Origin: the human T2T-CHM13v2.0 reference genome, Homo sapiens
Strand: one strand, 5' to 3'
Length of the DNA stretch: 64,000 nt
Assembly (NCBI RefSeq): GCF_009914755.1
Contig: NC_060934.1
The notes below the pieces were generated by a model that saw nothing but the letters and a program-made list of their open reading frames with translations, had not been told where the DNA came from and searched no databases. The position numbers and the translations under genes were made by a program. Below, one piece after another: positions 1 to 10,800 of the stretch (the first letter of the stretch is position 1; the number at the start of each line of letters is the position of its first letter).

Positions 1-20
1 ATGATCTCGATTCAACCTTG

Positions 21-135
21 GAGGAAACTGAAGCTCAGTAAAATTAAGTGACTAGCCCAAGGATGCACAGTGATCAATTGCAAAGAATGAACTCTATTTT
101 GTCTCTGAAGTATGTGCACTGCCCATTATGTTACA
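21..135 (-). mobile_element. MIR SINE fragment
   Basis: gaggaaactgaagctcagtaaaattaagtgactagcccaagg resembles the reverse-complement MIR core. Confidence 0.7.
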
Positions 136-1149
136 TAACCTTTCTTTATAGCTCCTATCAAGTCATTCTACATAAGAAACATCTTATGTGGGAAACACTT
201 CAATCTAGCAACTGGTTACTGTAATGAAAAGATATAGTGAAACTAGATACTTGAATTGACCAGTTTATATATTAATAATTTTGTGATGGATTCAATTAAA
301 GATTTTATGAAAACCTTGGAAGAGTATGAAATAATTATACAGTGTTTATTATTTTAGCTCTCATTTATCTATTTTGGATACCTGAACTTATATGTTAAAG
401 AACATTAAGTACATATAGTTAGGTTGGAACTCAGCTGGGATTCAACTTGTTTGCTGAAACTTCAGATACTATAAACTAGTATCCTGTGTAGTCAGAATTA
501 TATTATCTTGACTCATTAACTTTATTTAGCATCTATTTTATACTACATACTGATTTTATTAACTTCTAATCACTCTTGTTTCACTTGTTTGAGATAGGTA
601 AAGCAGAATTTATCTGGAGTTTAAGATTAAGGCTGACAGATTAAATCTGCTTCTGTTATTGTTTGTTTCTGATATTAAAAGAGACTTCTTATTATGACCC
701 CAGTCCATCCAAATTGTATACTATAATGGATTCTATATGAATAAATTAAGGGATCTAGATTTTAATAGTAAAACCATTTTATAGCAGCAGTAGTTTTATA
801 AATGGATATTTTACCTCTTAAACAAAATGTAATTGGAAAATAAAATACACTGTCATTCAAATAACATCTCACGTTATAAATAATCAGTTTGGATGCAGCT
901 ACAAGATTTTTCTGGCACAGAAGTAAATTAAACACTTTAGTAAATTGTCAAACTGATGAAAATCCTAACCCTGTGCATGTTGTTTTAATGGTGTAAGAAT
1001 ATGGACAACAAGATGTTTTTGTTCTTTTATTTTTATCAGAGTAAATGGAAGAATAGTGTCACAGACAAAGGTTCTAGGATTTTCCTGGGAAAAGGAGGTT
1101 ATAGCAGTTAGAAACGCCAGCAGTAGCTTACACCAATAATTTATTAAGA

Positions 1150-1560
1150 TTTTTGTTTTTACATTATTGGCATTCCAGGGGTAGGTGGTTACTGTTGTAG
1201 GCTCATCTTCTCAACTCTCCCATCAGGGACCCAGTTACTTTCTATCATTCTGAACTGTTATTCTTCGCGTGTACACCTTCATTCTCCTGTTGGTTGCCTC
1301 ACGGCTACGAGATGGCTGCTATAGGTCCAGCCATCAGGAAAAATGGGGAAGGAGCAGGACATGTAAGATCCTTTATCAGGCCACCTTCACATATATTTTC
1401 TAGACAAGGATTATATCACCGGGCCATATTTAGTTGCAAGGAGACTGGGAAAGTGAGGAACAGAATTGATTTGGCTAATCACAACTCATCTCCAGAGAAT
1501 AGGCAATTTCTGCTTCCAAATAAAGTTGGATACTGTTCAGGAAGAACAGGCTGGATATAA
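1150..1560 (-). mobile_element. Old MaLR LTR (MLT1J/K-like)
   Basis: gatggctgct...tccagccatca and tagttgcaaggagactgggaaagtg motifs typical of antisense MLT1J/K; boundaries approximate. Confidence 0.55.
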
Positions 1561-3029
1561 ACCGTTTGTGTTTTGGTCAGCAATATGTTCTGGTTTTGGT
1601 TTGGTGGGAAACAGGAAGCTTACTGAGGAAGGGAGACACCTGGAAGTAGTCTTAATCTGGCCATAAGGACCATGACACTCTAATATTATTTGATGGTGTG
1701 TGGGTTTCTTTTTTTCCAGAGACATCTATAAACATGGCTTTGTTACTAAGCCAAAGCCAATTATCTTTCAAAGTGATCTTCAGTTTGCTATTAGCTTCCC
1801 AGAAAGAACAGTATGATTATTAATAAGATTGAGACTAATAAACTACTGATGAGCACCAGTGAGCTAATTTGTAACCTCATTTTTATAAATGACATAAGCT
1901 TTTCACCCTAAGAAAAAGAGATATATTGAGAAGACAAACAAACAAAAAATCCAAAACTAATCTTCTTCCTCCAGACAGAATCTCTTCCTTCTTTTCTTCT
2001 AACATGAAATATTGTTGTTAACCAAATATTTTTCTTTTAAAATTCTAGGAATCACTTTTTGGAAATCTAGAATTAGTGAACTCAAATGGTTGTTAATGTT
2101 TTATTATTGAAATAGTGAAGCAAACTAAAATAATTAAAACTGATATGGATTACCATATTTATTAGCATATATTTCCTACATAATAAATAGTTTGCAGTTG
2201 ATATGAGAAGAGAGGAAGCTGTGAGATTACCTGACTGGATGGACCTTTGCAGCACTGACACCTGCTGCTGAATTTCCAGAAATTTCTCCTGGCAAATCTC
2301 TGTGCTGAGAAAGGAGTAAACCAATTTAGAGAAGAGGCTTACGAGTCCAAACAGGAGCAGATGATGAAGAATCAGATAAACATTAACGCCTCAACCTACT
2401 TAAGCAACTAAGATTCAATTAAACCCAGTTCATACCTCTTTGGTAAGTCTGAAGTTTCAGAACACTTGCTCTAAAATTCAAATTACTGAGCTGTACAAAT
2501 TATTTTTCCTCCAATTGTGTGATGAAATATGGGAAAGACAGAAAAAGACACAAATGCATATGGTAATCCAGAAAAGATTCCCCCTCCCTATTTTCTTTTG
2601 AGTTAGATAAAAGCTAGAGCACCTAACAGAATAAGATACCGAGAGAACCAGTGTAGTCATCCAAAACAATGAAACAACTATTTTAATTCATAAAAAAGCA
2701 TCATTGTAGTAGCCTTCATTAGGTATTCCTTCTAAAGTCACTTTAAAGGAAAAAGAATATGTTCAGACATAGCAAAAGAAAAAAAACACGAAGGCAAAAT
2801 TCCTTCAGATCAGGTTTTGGAGATTTTTTTTATATTAAACCCATTTTGTAAATAGGTTTTCCACCTGATTTAAACCAATCGTTTTGTTATTCAAAAGTCT
2901 AGGTTGTTGTTTTGCATTTTAAAATACAGCCATTCCCCAGGGAACTGTCTCTGCGATTAGAGGGAGAATTTTAAATTCCCCTTTCCACAGATAGATGTGT
3001 ACAGGAAAGAACACCAAACTGAAAGAGCA

Positions 3030-3142
3030 GCTTGGCTCTGCCACCTATCAAATTAGGTAAATCTGTCTCCCTCTGGGTTTCACTCTCTCCTCTGTAATAT
3101 GATAAGTACCTAGATTGGACTAGATGATCTTTCAGTTTCCCT
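3030..3142 (+). mobile_element. MIR3-like SINE, interrupted by LTR nest (resumes ~5800-5825)
   Basis: ctctgggtttcactctctcctctgtaa...ttggactagatgatct; tail ttcagcctcagtattctg resumes after the LTR cluster. Confidence 0.6.
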
Positions 3143-3501
3143 CTCTGAGTCCGTTTGGGGGCTGCTATAATAAATACCATAGACTGGGTGACTTAAACAA
3201 CAAACATTTATTTTGCACAGTTCTGGAGGCTGGGAAGCTCAAGATCAAGGTGTTGTTGATTTGGCTCCTGGTGGGGACGTGCTAGTTTTGGATACGGCTT
3301 GTTTATCCCTGGCAAATCTTATGTTAAAACTTGTGGTGGTGTTGGGAGGGAAAACCTAGTGGGAGATGCTTAGGTCATCATCAATGGCTTGGTGCAGTTC
3401 TTTCAGCAGTAAATTCTTGCTCTAGTGGGACAGGATTAGTACTCATGAGACTGAATTAGTTCCTGATACAGTGAGTTGTTATAAAACCAAGACAACCATT
3501 G

Positions 3502-4306
3502 TGAAACTGCCTTTGCAAAGATTATGACGTGAGAGAAGTCTGGCATGGCCGCCTCCGTCTTGCCTCTAGCATCACAGGCTGGCTGTCTCCGCTCATTCCT
3601 GGGCATGGACGAAGCTAACCATGAGAAGAATTTAGTTTACAGTTTAATTGTGAAGCAAGGATAATAATAGTCGCTTCCTAAAACTGATCCGCTCCTTGTT
3701 TGGAGACTGAAACAGTCTTTGTAAGACAATGAAAGGTCACAAGATTAGTATTCTGAGAGGGGCCTGAATTCTGCTAAAATGTAAGTATAGTTAAATGATA
3801 AACAGCTGTTGTTTCCTAGCTTGTTTTCCTATAATCCCTTACTGCTCAGGAGTCATGAAGCAGAGGCCACAGACTTGTAATTTCACCAATTGCTCCTACA
3901 GGTAACATCACTATCGCAGAATGTAAGATTGGTCTTTTGAGATTGTTTAGATTTTTGTATTCTGGTGACAAATTGATTTCACCTAGACCCATGCCTGATG
4001 ACTCAATTGGTCCTGTGACCCCCTTCCAGAGGCTGACTCAGTGCACAAGAACCATTTTCCATACCTCTATAATTTCATCCCTAACCAATCAGTAGCACCT
4101 GATTTCTTATCCTAGCCCCCCCCCACCCCCCCTACCCCCCCACCCCCCACAAGTTATCCATAAGAACCTTAGACTGAGTTCTTGGGGAGGCTGATTTGAG
4201 TAATAAGCTTCATCTTGGTTAGCCCTGTGTTAATCATAAGTCCTTTGCCACAAAAACCTGCTGTTAGTGCAATAGCTTTTTTGGGCAGTGGGCAAGATGA
4301 ACCCAT
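3502..4306 (+). mobile_element. LTR8A/LTR8B-like ERV1 solo LTR
   Basis: Starts tgaaactgcctttgcaaagattatgac; ends gggcagtgggcaagatgaaccca. Confidence 0.85.
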
Positions 4307-4417
4307 ATGCTTGGGTTTGTTTCCTCTTTGTGTATGTTCACTTCTCCTTTAACCTTCTATGTTATATTTAGACCTAGCATATGACCCTCACCAGAAACTG
4401 AGCAGATGCTGACACCA

Positions 4418-4937
4418 GAACAGATGAAAAACTGACTTTTGAGGGAGAGGTTTGCATCTGTGGAGGAAATGAAGTGAAGTAAACAACAGATAGAAACAGG
4501 CTTTCTTTGAAGCCCCCCTTGTTGGGACCTGGGAAAGATGAATTGAGAGTCTGACAATTTAAAGCTCTGACAGAAATATTTACTGCTGGCTACGATTTAT
4601 TTTTTTCTGAAGGCTGCTACCTGTGAGGTTTCATCTGCATAGTAAGACCCCTTTGCTAGTAAGGTGTTTCCTCTTCTCTTCCTTCCATAACCTGTTTTGC
4701 TACCATAACCTATTTTGCCATGCTCTAGAGCCCTCATTTCTTCTGTAACCTCAAGATGGTATAAAAGTGTCAACCCTCTTACATTTCTTTGAGTTTTAAT
4801 ATTTTATATGACTCTTGTGCACATATATGTATGTCATAAAATTTGAATGCCTTTTTCCTACTAATCTGTCTAGTATCAGATTGTTTTATAGACTCAAATT
4901 ATTGAATCTTAAGGGGAAAAATGTAAATTTCCCTATA
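4418..4937 (+). mobile_element. MER34/MER39-family ERV1 LTR fragment
   Basis: gctgctacctgtgaggtttcatctgcat and ctgtaacctcaagatggtata motifs. Confidence 0.6.
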
Positions 4938-6017
4938 GGTTTATAGCTAGAAGGAACTTGCCTTGAGTCTCAAATGAGATGTTGGACTTTGGACTTTTGA
5001 CTTGATACTGGGACTAGTGAACACTTTTGGAACTATTAGAAGAGAAAATTGTCTAATTGTGTTTTGAATGTGAGAAGGACATGAATTTTGGGGGGCCAGG
5101 GGCAGAATGCTATGGCTTGGTTATGGCTTGTTTGTTCCCACCAAATCTCATGTTGAAATTTGATCCTCAATGTGGCAGTGTGGGGAGGTGGGGCCTGTTG
5201 GGAAGTGTTTGGGCCATGGGGGAGGATCTGTCATGAATGGCTTATTGTTGTTCTCCTGGTAGTGAGTTCTCGCTCTAGTAAGATGGAATTAGTTCTTGCA
5301 GAAACAGATTAGTTCCTGAGAGAGTGAGTTGTTGTAAGGCCAGAATACTTCTTGATTTTAGTTCTGCTTTGCATGTGTCTACTTTTCCTTTGACTTTCTC
5401 TGCCATTTTTTGACGTAATATGTGGCCCTCACCAGAAGCTGAGCAGGTGCCTATGCCATGTTTCTTGTACAGCCTGCAGGATTATGAGATAAATAAACCT
5501 CTTTTCCCTGTAAACTACCCAGTCTCAAGTATTCTCTTATATCAACACTAAATGGACTAAGACAGGGCTCTTTTCCTGGTTTGAAGATAGTCATCTTCTT
5601 GCTTATCCTCACATGAGAAAAGGAGGGAGAGTTCATCTCTTTTGTCTCTTTTTATAAGAGGACTAATCCCATTCATGAGGGCTCTACTTTTATGACCTGA
5701 TTACCTTTCAAAGGCCCCACCTCCAAATACCATCACATTGGGAATTAGGGTTTCAACATGTGAATTTGAGAGGACACACAGACATTCAATCCATAGCACT
5801 TTTTCAGCCTCAGTATTCTGTGTTTTCCAGTCTCTGTGACAGAGGCCTGTATGGTCTAGGCAGGCAACTTAATGGAAGAAAATGGGCAGGTTCAACTTAA
5901 GGCAAACTGAGGAGAGTGTGCCCAGGCTAAGGGACACAGCTACTACTCAGCTCAAGCCCACAGGTGTGAGCAAGATTGCAAGGCTCATGTTGTAATATCT
6001 TATTTTTCAGGGGAGAC

Positions 6018-6548
6018 TGCTCAGAAGTCAATCTTTTTGCCCTTAAGTCTATTCTTCCACTCCCACCGCTTAGCTTTAAATTGTGCAGACTGACTCCTAT
6101 AGGCTGCGGTTTCCAGATTCCATTTCAGCTGGCTTCTGTCTGGGTCCTACCAATGGGAGGCACTAGTGGGAGATGGGGGTGAGGAAAAAGGGAGAAACTT
6201 GGTTGTTTCTAACCCTGCCTCTCAGCCTTGAACAATGCCTCCAGCAACAGAAATATCTCCAAAATGACGCTAGCTTTTGAGAGACAGGCCTATTACAACT
6301 CCGGCTTCCACTGAGTGACCTTAGTTCTCTCCTCATCCCTTCCTTCACACCCTATATCTGCCTCCTCCTCTCTCTCCCGTTTCAATGTGACAGTGGCTTC
6401 CTTTTGTTGCTAATCTCTATGCTCCCTCACAATTCCCTGTTTATCAGTTCTCGCTTCACCTATATGACCAATTTTCTCCATTATGTACTTCGTGTGTCAA
6501 AGATTCAGAGTTATTTCTTTTCTCTGAGGTTGGACTCTGACTGATGTA
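6018..6548 (+). mobile_element. LTR33-like ERVL LTR
   Basis: ccaatgggaggcactagtgggagat, ggcttccttttgttgctaatctct, end ggactctgactgatgta. Confidence 0.75.
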
Positions 6549-6598
6549 GGCTAGAAATATAAATTCTTGCCTGAAATCTTCCCATTTTTAAATGCTGG

Positions 6599-7027
6599 TA
6601 GATTAGTCAGAATTCTCCAGAGAAACAGAATAAACAGGATATTAATTAATTAATTAATTTCTAAGGTATTTGCTCACATGACTATCGAGGCTGACAAGTC
6701 TATAATCTGCAGGGTGAGCTGGCAGACTGGAGATCCAGGAAAGCTGACATTCTACTTTCAGTCTAAAGGCAGTCTTCTCCAGAACCCAGAAGAGCCAATG
6801 TTGCAGATGAAGTCTGAAAGCAGTCTGTTGGGGAATTCTCTCTTCCTGGGGAATACTGGTCTTTCTGAAGGAGCTTACTCACATGGGGGAAACTTCCTTT
6901 ACTCAAACTCTGCTCAAGGTTTCTCTTGCTCAAAAATACCCTCATAGAAACACCCAGAATAATGTTTGACCAGATATCTGGGCACAACATAGCCCAGCCA
7001 AGTTGACACATAAAATAAACCGTCACA
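6599..7027 (-). mobile_element. MLT2-family (B/C/D) ERVL LTR
   Basis: ttagtcagaattctccagagaaacagaa...agccaagttgacacataaaataaaccgtcaca; flanks gctgg/actgg (4/5 TSD). Confidence 0.85.
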
Positions 7028-7271
7028 ACTGGCAAACAATTAAAAACACCCACTGGGTCAAAGAAAACATGACTTCAGCTTCCAGGTACATTTGTAACCT
7101 CTGTTCTCTAAATGTACATGATCAAACAAATAGACAAAGACAGATTTTGGCAAGCTTATAGAATTTCATGTCATAAGAAGTGTTCAATGTTGTATTCTCC
7201 CTAGGATAATTGATGCCAAGGAGTATTTGAGGAATATAAGCTGTGTGAGAAGAAGAGCCTCTGTTGTTGCA

Positions 7272-7445
7272 ATCCTAGCACAGTGCCAGGCACTTAGTAA
7301 ATGTACAATATATATCTGTTGAATGAATAAATAAAAGGAGTTAAATTTAATTGGATAGTTATTTAATTATCACCTGCTAGAGGCGAGGCACTGCATTAGG
7401 TGCTGTTGGAAATTCAAAGATGTGTAAGACACACCTTTGTCCAAA
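7272..7445. mobile_element. Two L2 3' tails, tail-to-tail (+ 7272-7335; - 7355-7445)
   Basis: cctagcacagtgccaggcacttagt...gttgaatgaataa, then cacctgctagaggcgaggcactgcattaggtgctg. Confidence 0.65.
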
Positions 7446-7877
7446 TGCACTTGCAGTTTGATAATGCATGTAAGGCTAAGTGATAAAAAATTTTTGTTTC
7501 TCTTGAGAAAAAAATGAACAATGGATATATTATGGGCAATAGGTATTATATACTTAACCACATTTCCTTTTGATTTTGCTGTCTGGAAACACAGAGCTAA
7601 ATTTCCTGTTCAAACCTGGCCGGAATACAGTAGCATCCTAGAGCCAGCTTACCTGTGCTTTTGTCCTTCTCAATAGTCCTTCTCCCTTCTGCTTACCCAC
7701 CTGTTCTAATGCACATACCCCTAGGATTTTACTTGAAAAATAAACCTTTTATAGTTTTGTTGATTGGAGTCTCTGTAAGCTGACCCAGATCCTTTGTGGA
7801 ATCAGGTAACCTGAAGTTTCTCGTGATTCAAAGGAGAAGTGACTCTGGCTCTTTGGATTAGGGAAGTGTTTATCCAA

Positions 7878-10800
7878 AGGTGGCATCTCATAATTTTAAT
7901 TTCCATTTCCCTGATGATTAGTGATGTGGAGCATTTTTCTTACATTTCTTTGCCATTTGTATATCATCTTTTGTGAAATGTCTATTCATGTCATTTGCCC
8001 ACTGTTTGCTAGGATTATTTATTTTTTCTTGCTGATTTGTTTGAGTTCTTTGTAGATTCTGGATATTAGTCCTTTGTTGGATGCAAATCCATTCTGGGGT
8101 TGTCTGTTTACTCTATTATTATTATTATCATTATTATTATTATTTTTGCTGTGCAGAAACTTTTTAGTTGAATTAAATCCCATTTTTTTGTTGTTGTTGT
8201 TGCATTTGCTTTTGGGGTTTTAGGCATAAATTCTTTGCTTAGGCCAATGTCCAGAAGAGTTTTCCCTAGTTTTTCTTCTAGAATTTTTATGTTTTCTGGT
8301 CTTATATTGAAGTCTTTAATCTATTTTGAGCTGATTTTTGTATGTGGTGAGAGATAGGGATCCAGTTTTATTTTCTTACATGTGGCCATTCAGTTTTACC
8401 AGTACAATTTATTGAATAGGGTGCCTTTTGTATACTTTGTCAAAGATTAGTTGGTTGTAAGTATTTGGATTCATTTCTGGGCTCTTTTTTTTTGTTCCAT
8501 TGATCTATGTGTCTACATTTATACCAGTACCATGCTGTTTGGGTTACTACAGCCTTGTAGCATAATTTGAAGTCAGGTAATGTGATGCCTTGGTATTTCT
8601 TCTTTTTGCTTAGGATTACTTTGCCTATTCAGGCTCTTTTTTTGGTTCTGTGTGAATTTTAGGATTATTTTCTCTAATTCAGTGAAAAATGATATTGATA
8701 TTTTGATAGAGATTGCATTGAATATGTAGATTGCTTTGGCAGTATGGTCATTTTCATGATATTGATTCTTCCAATCCGTGAACATGAGATGTATTTCCAT
8801 TTGTTTGTGTCATCCATGATTTCTTTCAGCAGTATTTTGGAGTTGTTGTAGAGGTCTTTCACCTCCTTGGTTAAGTATATTCCTAGGTATTTTATTTTAT
8901 GTATTTTTCGTCTGTGCAAAAGGGATAGATTGACTTCTTTATTTGATTTTAGCTTGGTTGCTGTTGGTGTATAGCAGTGCTACTTTGTGTACATTGATTT
9001 TGTAACCCGAAACTTTGCTGAATTTGTTTATCAGGTCTAGGAGTCTTTTGGAAGAGTCTTTAGTGTTTCCTAGGTATACAATCATATCATTGGTGAACAG
9101 TGATAATTTGACTTTGTCTTTTCCAATTTTGATGCCTTTTATATATTTCTCTTGCCTGGTTTCTCTGGCTAGGACTTCTAGTACTATGTTGAATACAAGT
9201 GGTGAAAGTAGGCATCCATGTCTTTTTCCAGTCCTCAGAGGGAGTGCTTTCAACTTTTCCTCATTCAGCATGATGTTGGCTGTGGGTCTGTCACATATAG
9301 CTTTTATTATTTTGAGGCATGTTCCTTATATGACTAGTACATTGAGGAATTTTATCAGAAAGGATGCTGGATTTTATTGAATGATTTTTCTGCATTTATT
9401 GAGATGATCATATGGTTTTCATTTTTAATTCTGTTTATGTGATAAATCACATTTATTGACTTGCATATGTTGAACCATACCTGCATCCCTGGGATGAAAC
9501 CCACTTGATCATAGTATATCATCTTTTTGATGTGCTATTTCCTAGTATTTTCTTGAGGATTTAGCATCTATGTTCATCCAGGATATTGGTCTGTAATTTT
9601 CTGTTTTTGGATGTCCCTTCCTGGCTTTGGTATCAGGGTGATATTGGCTTCATAGAATGAGTTAGGGAGGATTTTTCTCTTTCTCAATCATTTGGAATAG
9701 TTTCAGTAGGACTGTACCAATTTTTCTTTGAATGTCTGGTAGAATTTGGCTCTGAATCCATCTGGCCCTGGGCTTTTTTTTGTTGGTGGTGAATTTTTTG
9801 TTCATGATTCAATCTCACTGCTTGTTATTGGTCTGTTCAGGATTTCTATTTTTTCCTTATTCAAGCTAAGAGGATTGTATATTTCCAAGAATTTGTCTAT
9901 TTCCTCTAGGTTTTCTAATTCATGTGCGTAGAAGTGTTCATAGTAGTCTCAAATAATCTTTTGTATTTTTGTGGTGTTGGTTGTAATATCTCCATTTTCA
10001 TTTCTAGTTAAGCTTAAACTAGCTAATGGTTCTATCAATTTTGTTTATCCTTAGAAGAACCAAGTTTTCATTTAATTAATCATATATATATTATATATAT
10101 ATAATATATATATTATATATATAATATATATTATATATATATATAATATATATATATAATATATATATAATATATATATATAACTAGTTTGTTGAGGAAT
10201 TTTATCAGAAAGAGATGCTGGATTTTATTGACTGCTTTTTCTGCATCTATTGAGATGATCATATGTTGGTTTCAATTTTATTTAGTTCTTCTCTGATCCT
10301 TGTTATTTCTTCTGATAACTTTGGTTTGGTTTATACTTGTTTCTCTAGTTCCTTGAGGTGTGATATTAGGTTGTCAATTTGTGATTTTTCAGACTTTTTG
10401 ATGTAGGCATTTAGTGTCATAAGCTTTTTCCTTAGAACTGCTTTTGCTGTATCCCAGAGGTTTTGACAAATTGTGTCACTGTTATTATTCATTTTGAAGA
10501 ACTTTTTAATTTCCATCTTGATTTTATTGTTAACTCCAAAATCACTCAGGAGCAAACTGTGTAATTTCCATGTATTTGTACAGTTTTGAGGGTTCCTTTG
10601 AAATTGATTTCTAGTTTTATTCCACTGTGGTCTGGGAAGATATTTGATATGACTTTCATTTTTAAAAATTTATTAAGATTTGTTTTGTGCCTATCATATG
10701 GTCTATCTTGGAGAATGTTTCATGTGTTCATGAGAAGAATGTATATTCTGCAATTCTTGGGTAGAATGTTCTGTAAATATTTGTTAGGTACATTTGTTCT

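Larger units (their letters stand above)
3280..5564 (+). mobile_element. MSTB1/B2-like MaLR provirus remnant: 5' LTR 3280-4417 (interrupted), internal 3' end 4938-5107, 3' LTR 5108-5564
   Basis: Two similar LTRs starting TGCTA; polypurine tract ggggggccaggggcagaa directly before the 3' LTR; 3' LTR ends gactaagaca. Confidence 0.8.
3143..5798 (-). mobile_element. MLT1A/MLT1A0-like MaLR LTR, split into 3143-3279 and 5565-5798
   Basis: gctgctataataaataccatagactgggtg...ttctggaggctgggaag; second half aaggccccacctccaaataccatcacattggg...ccatagca. Confidence 0.8.
5835..7103. mobile_element. MER102-like hAT MITE split by LTR33 and MLT2 insertions
   Basis: Pieces 5835-6017, 6549-6598 (aatcttcccatttttaaatgctgg) and 7028-7103 (tttgtaacctctg end) follow MER102 order. 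Confidence 0.65.

Noticed and set aside
2198-2448. Possible + strand exon ending in TG|GTAAGT
   Set aside because: Poor acceptor, no open frame across it, no recognisable protein
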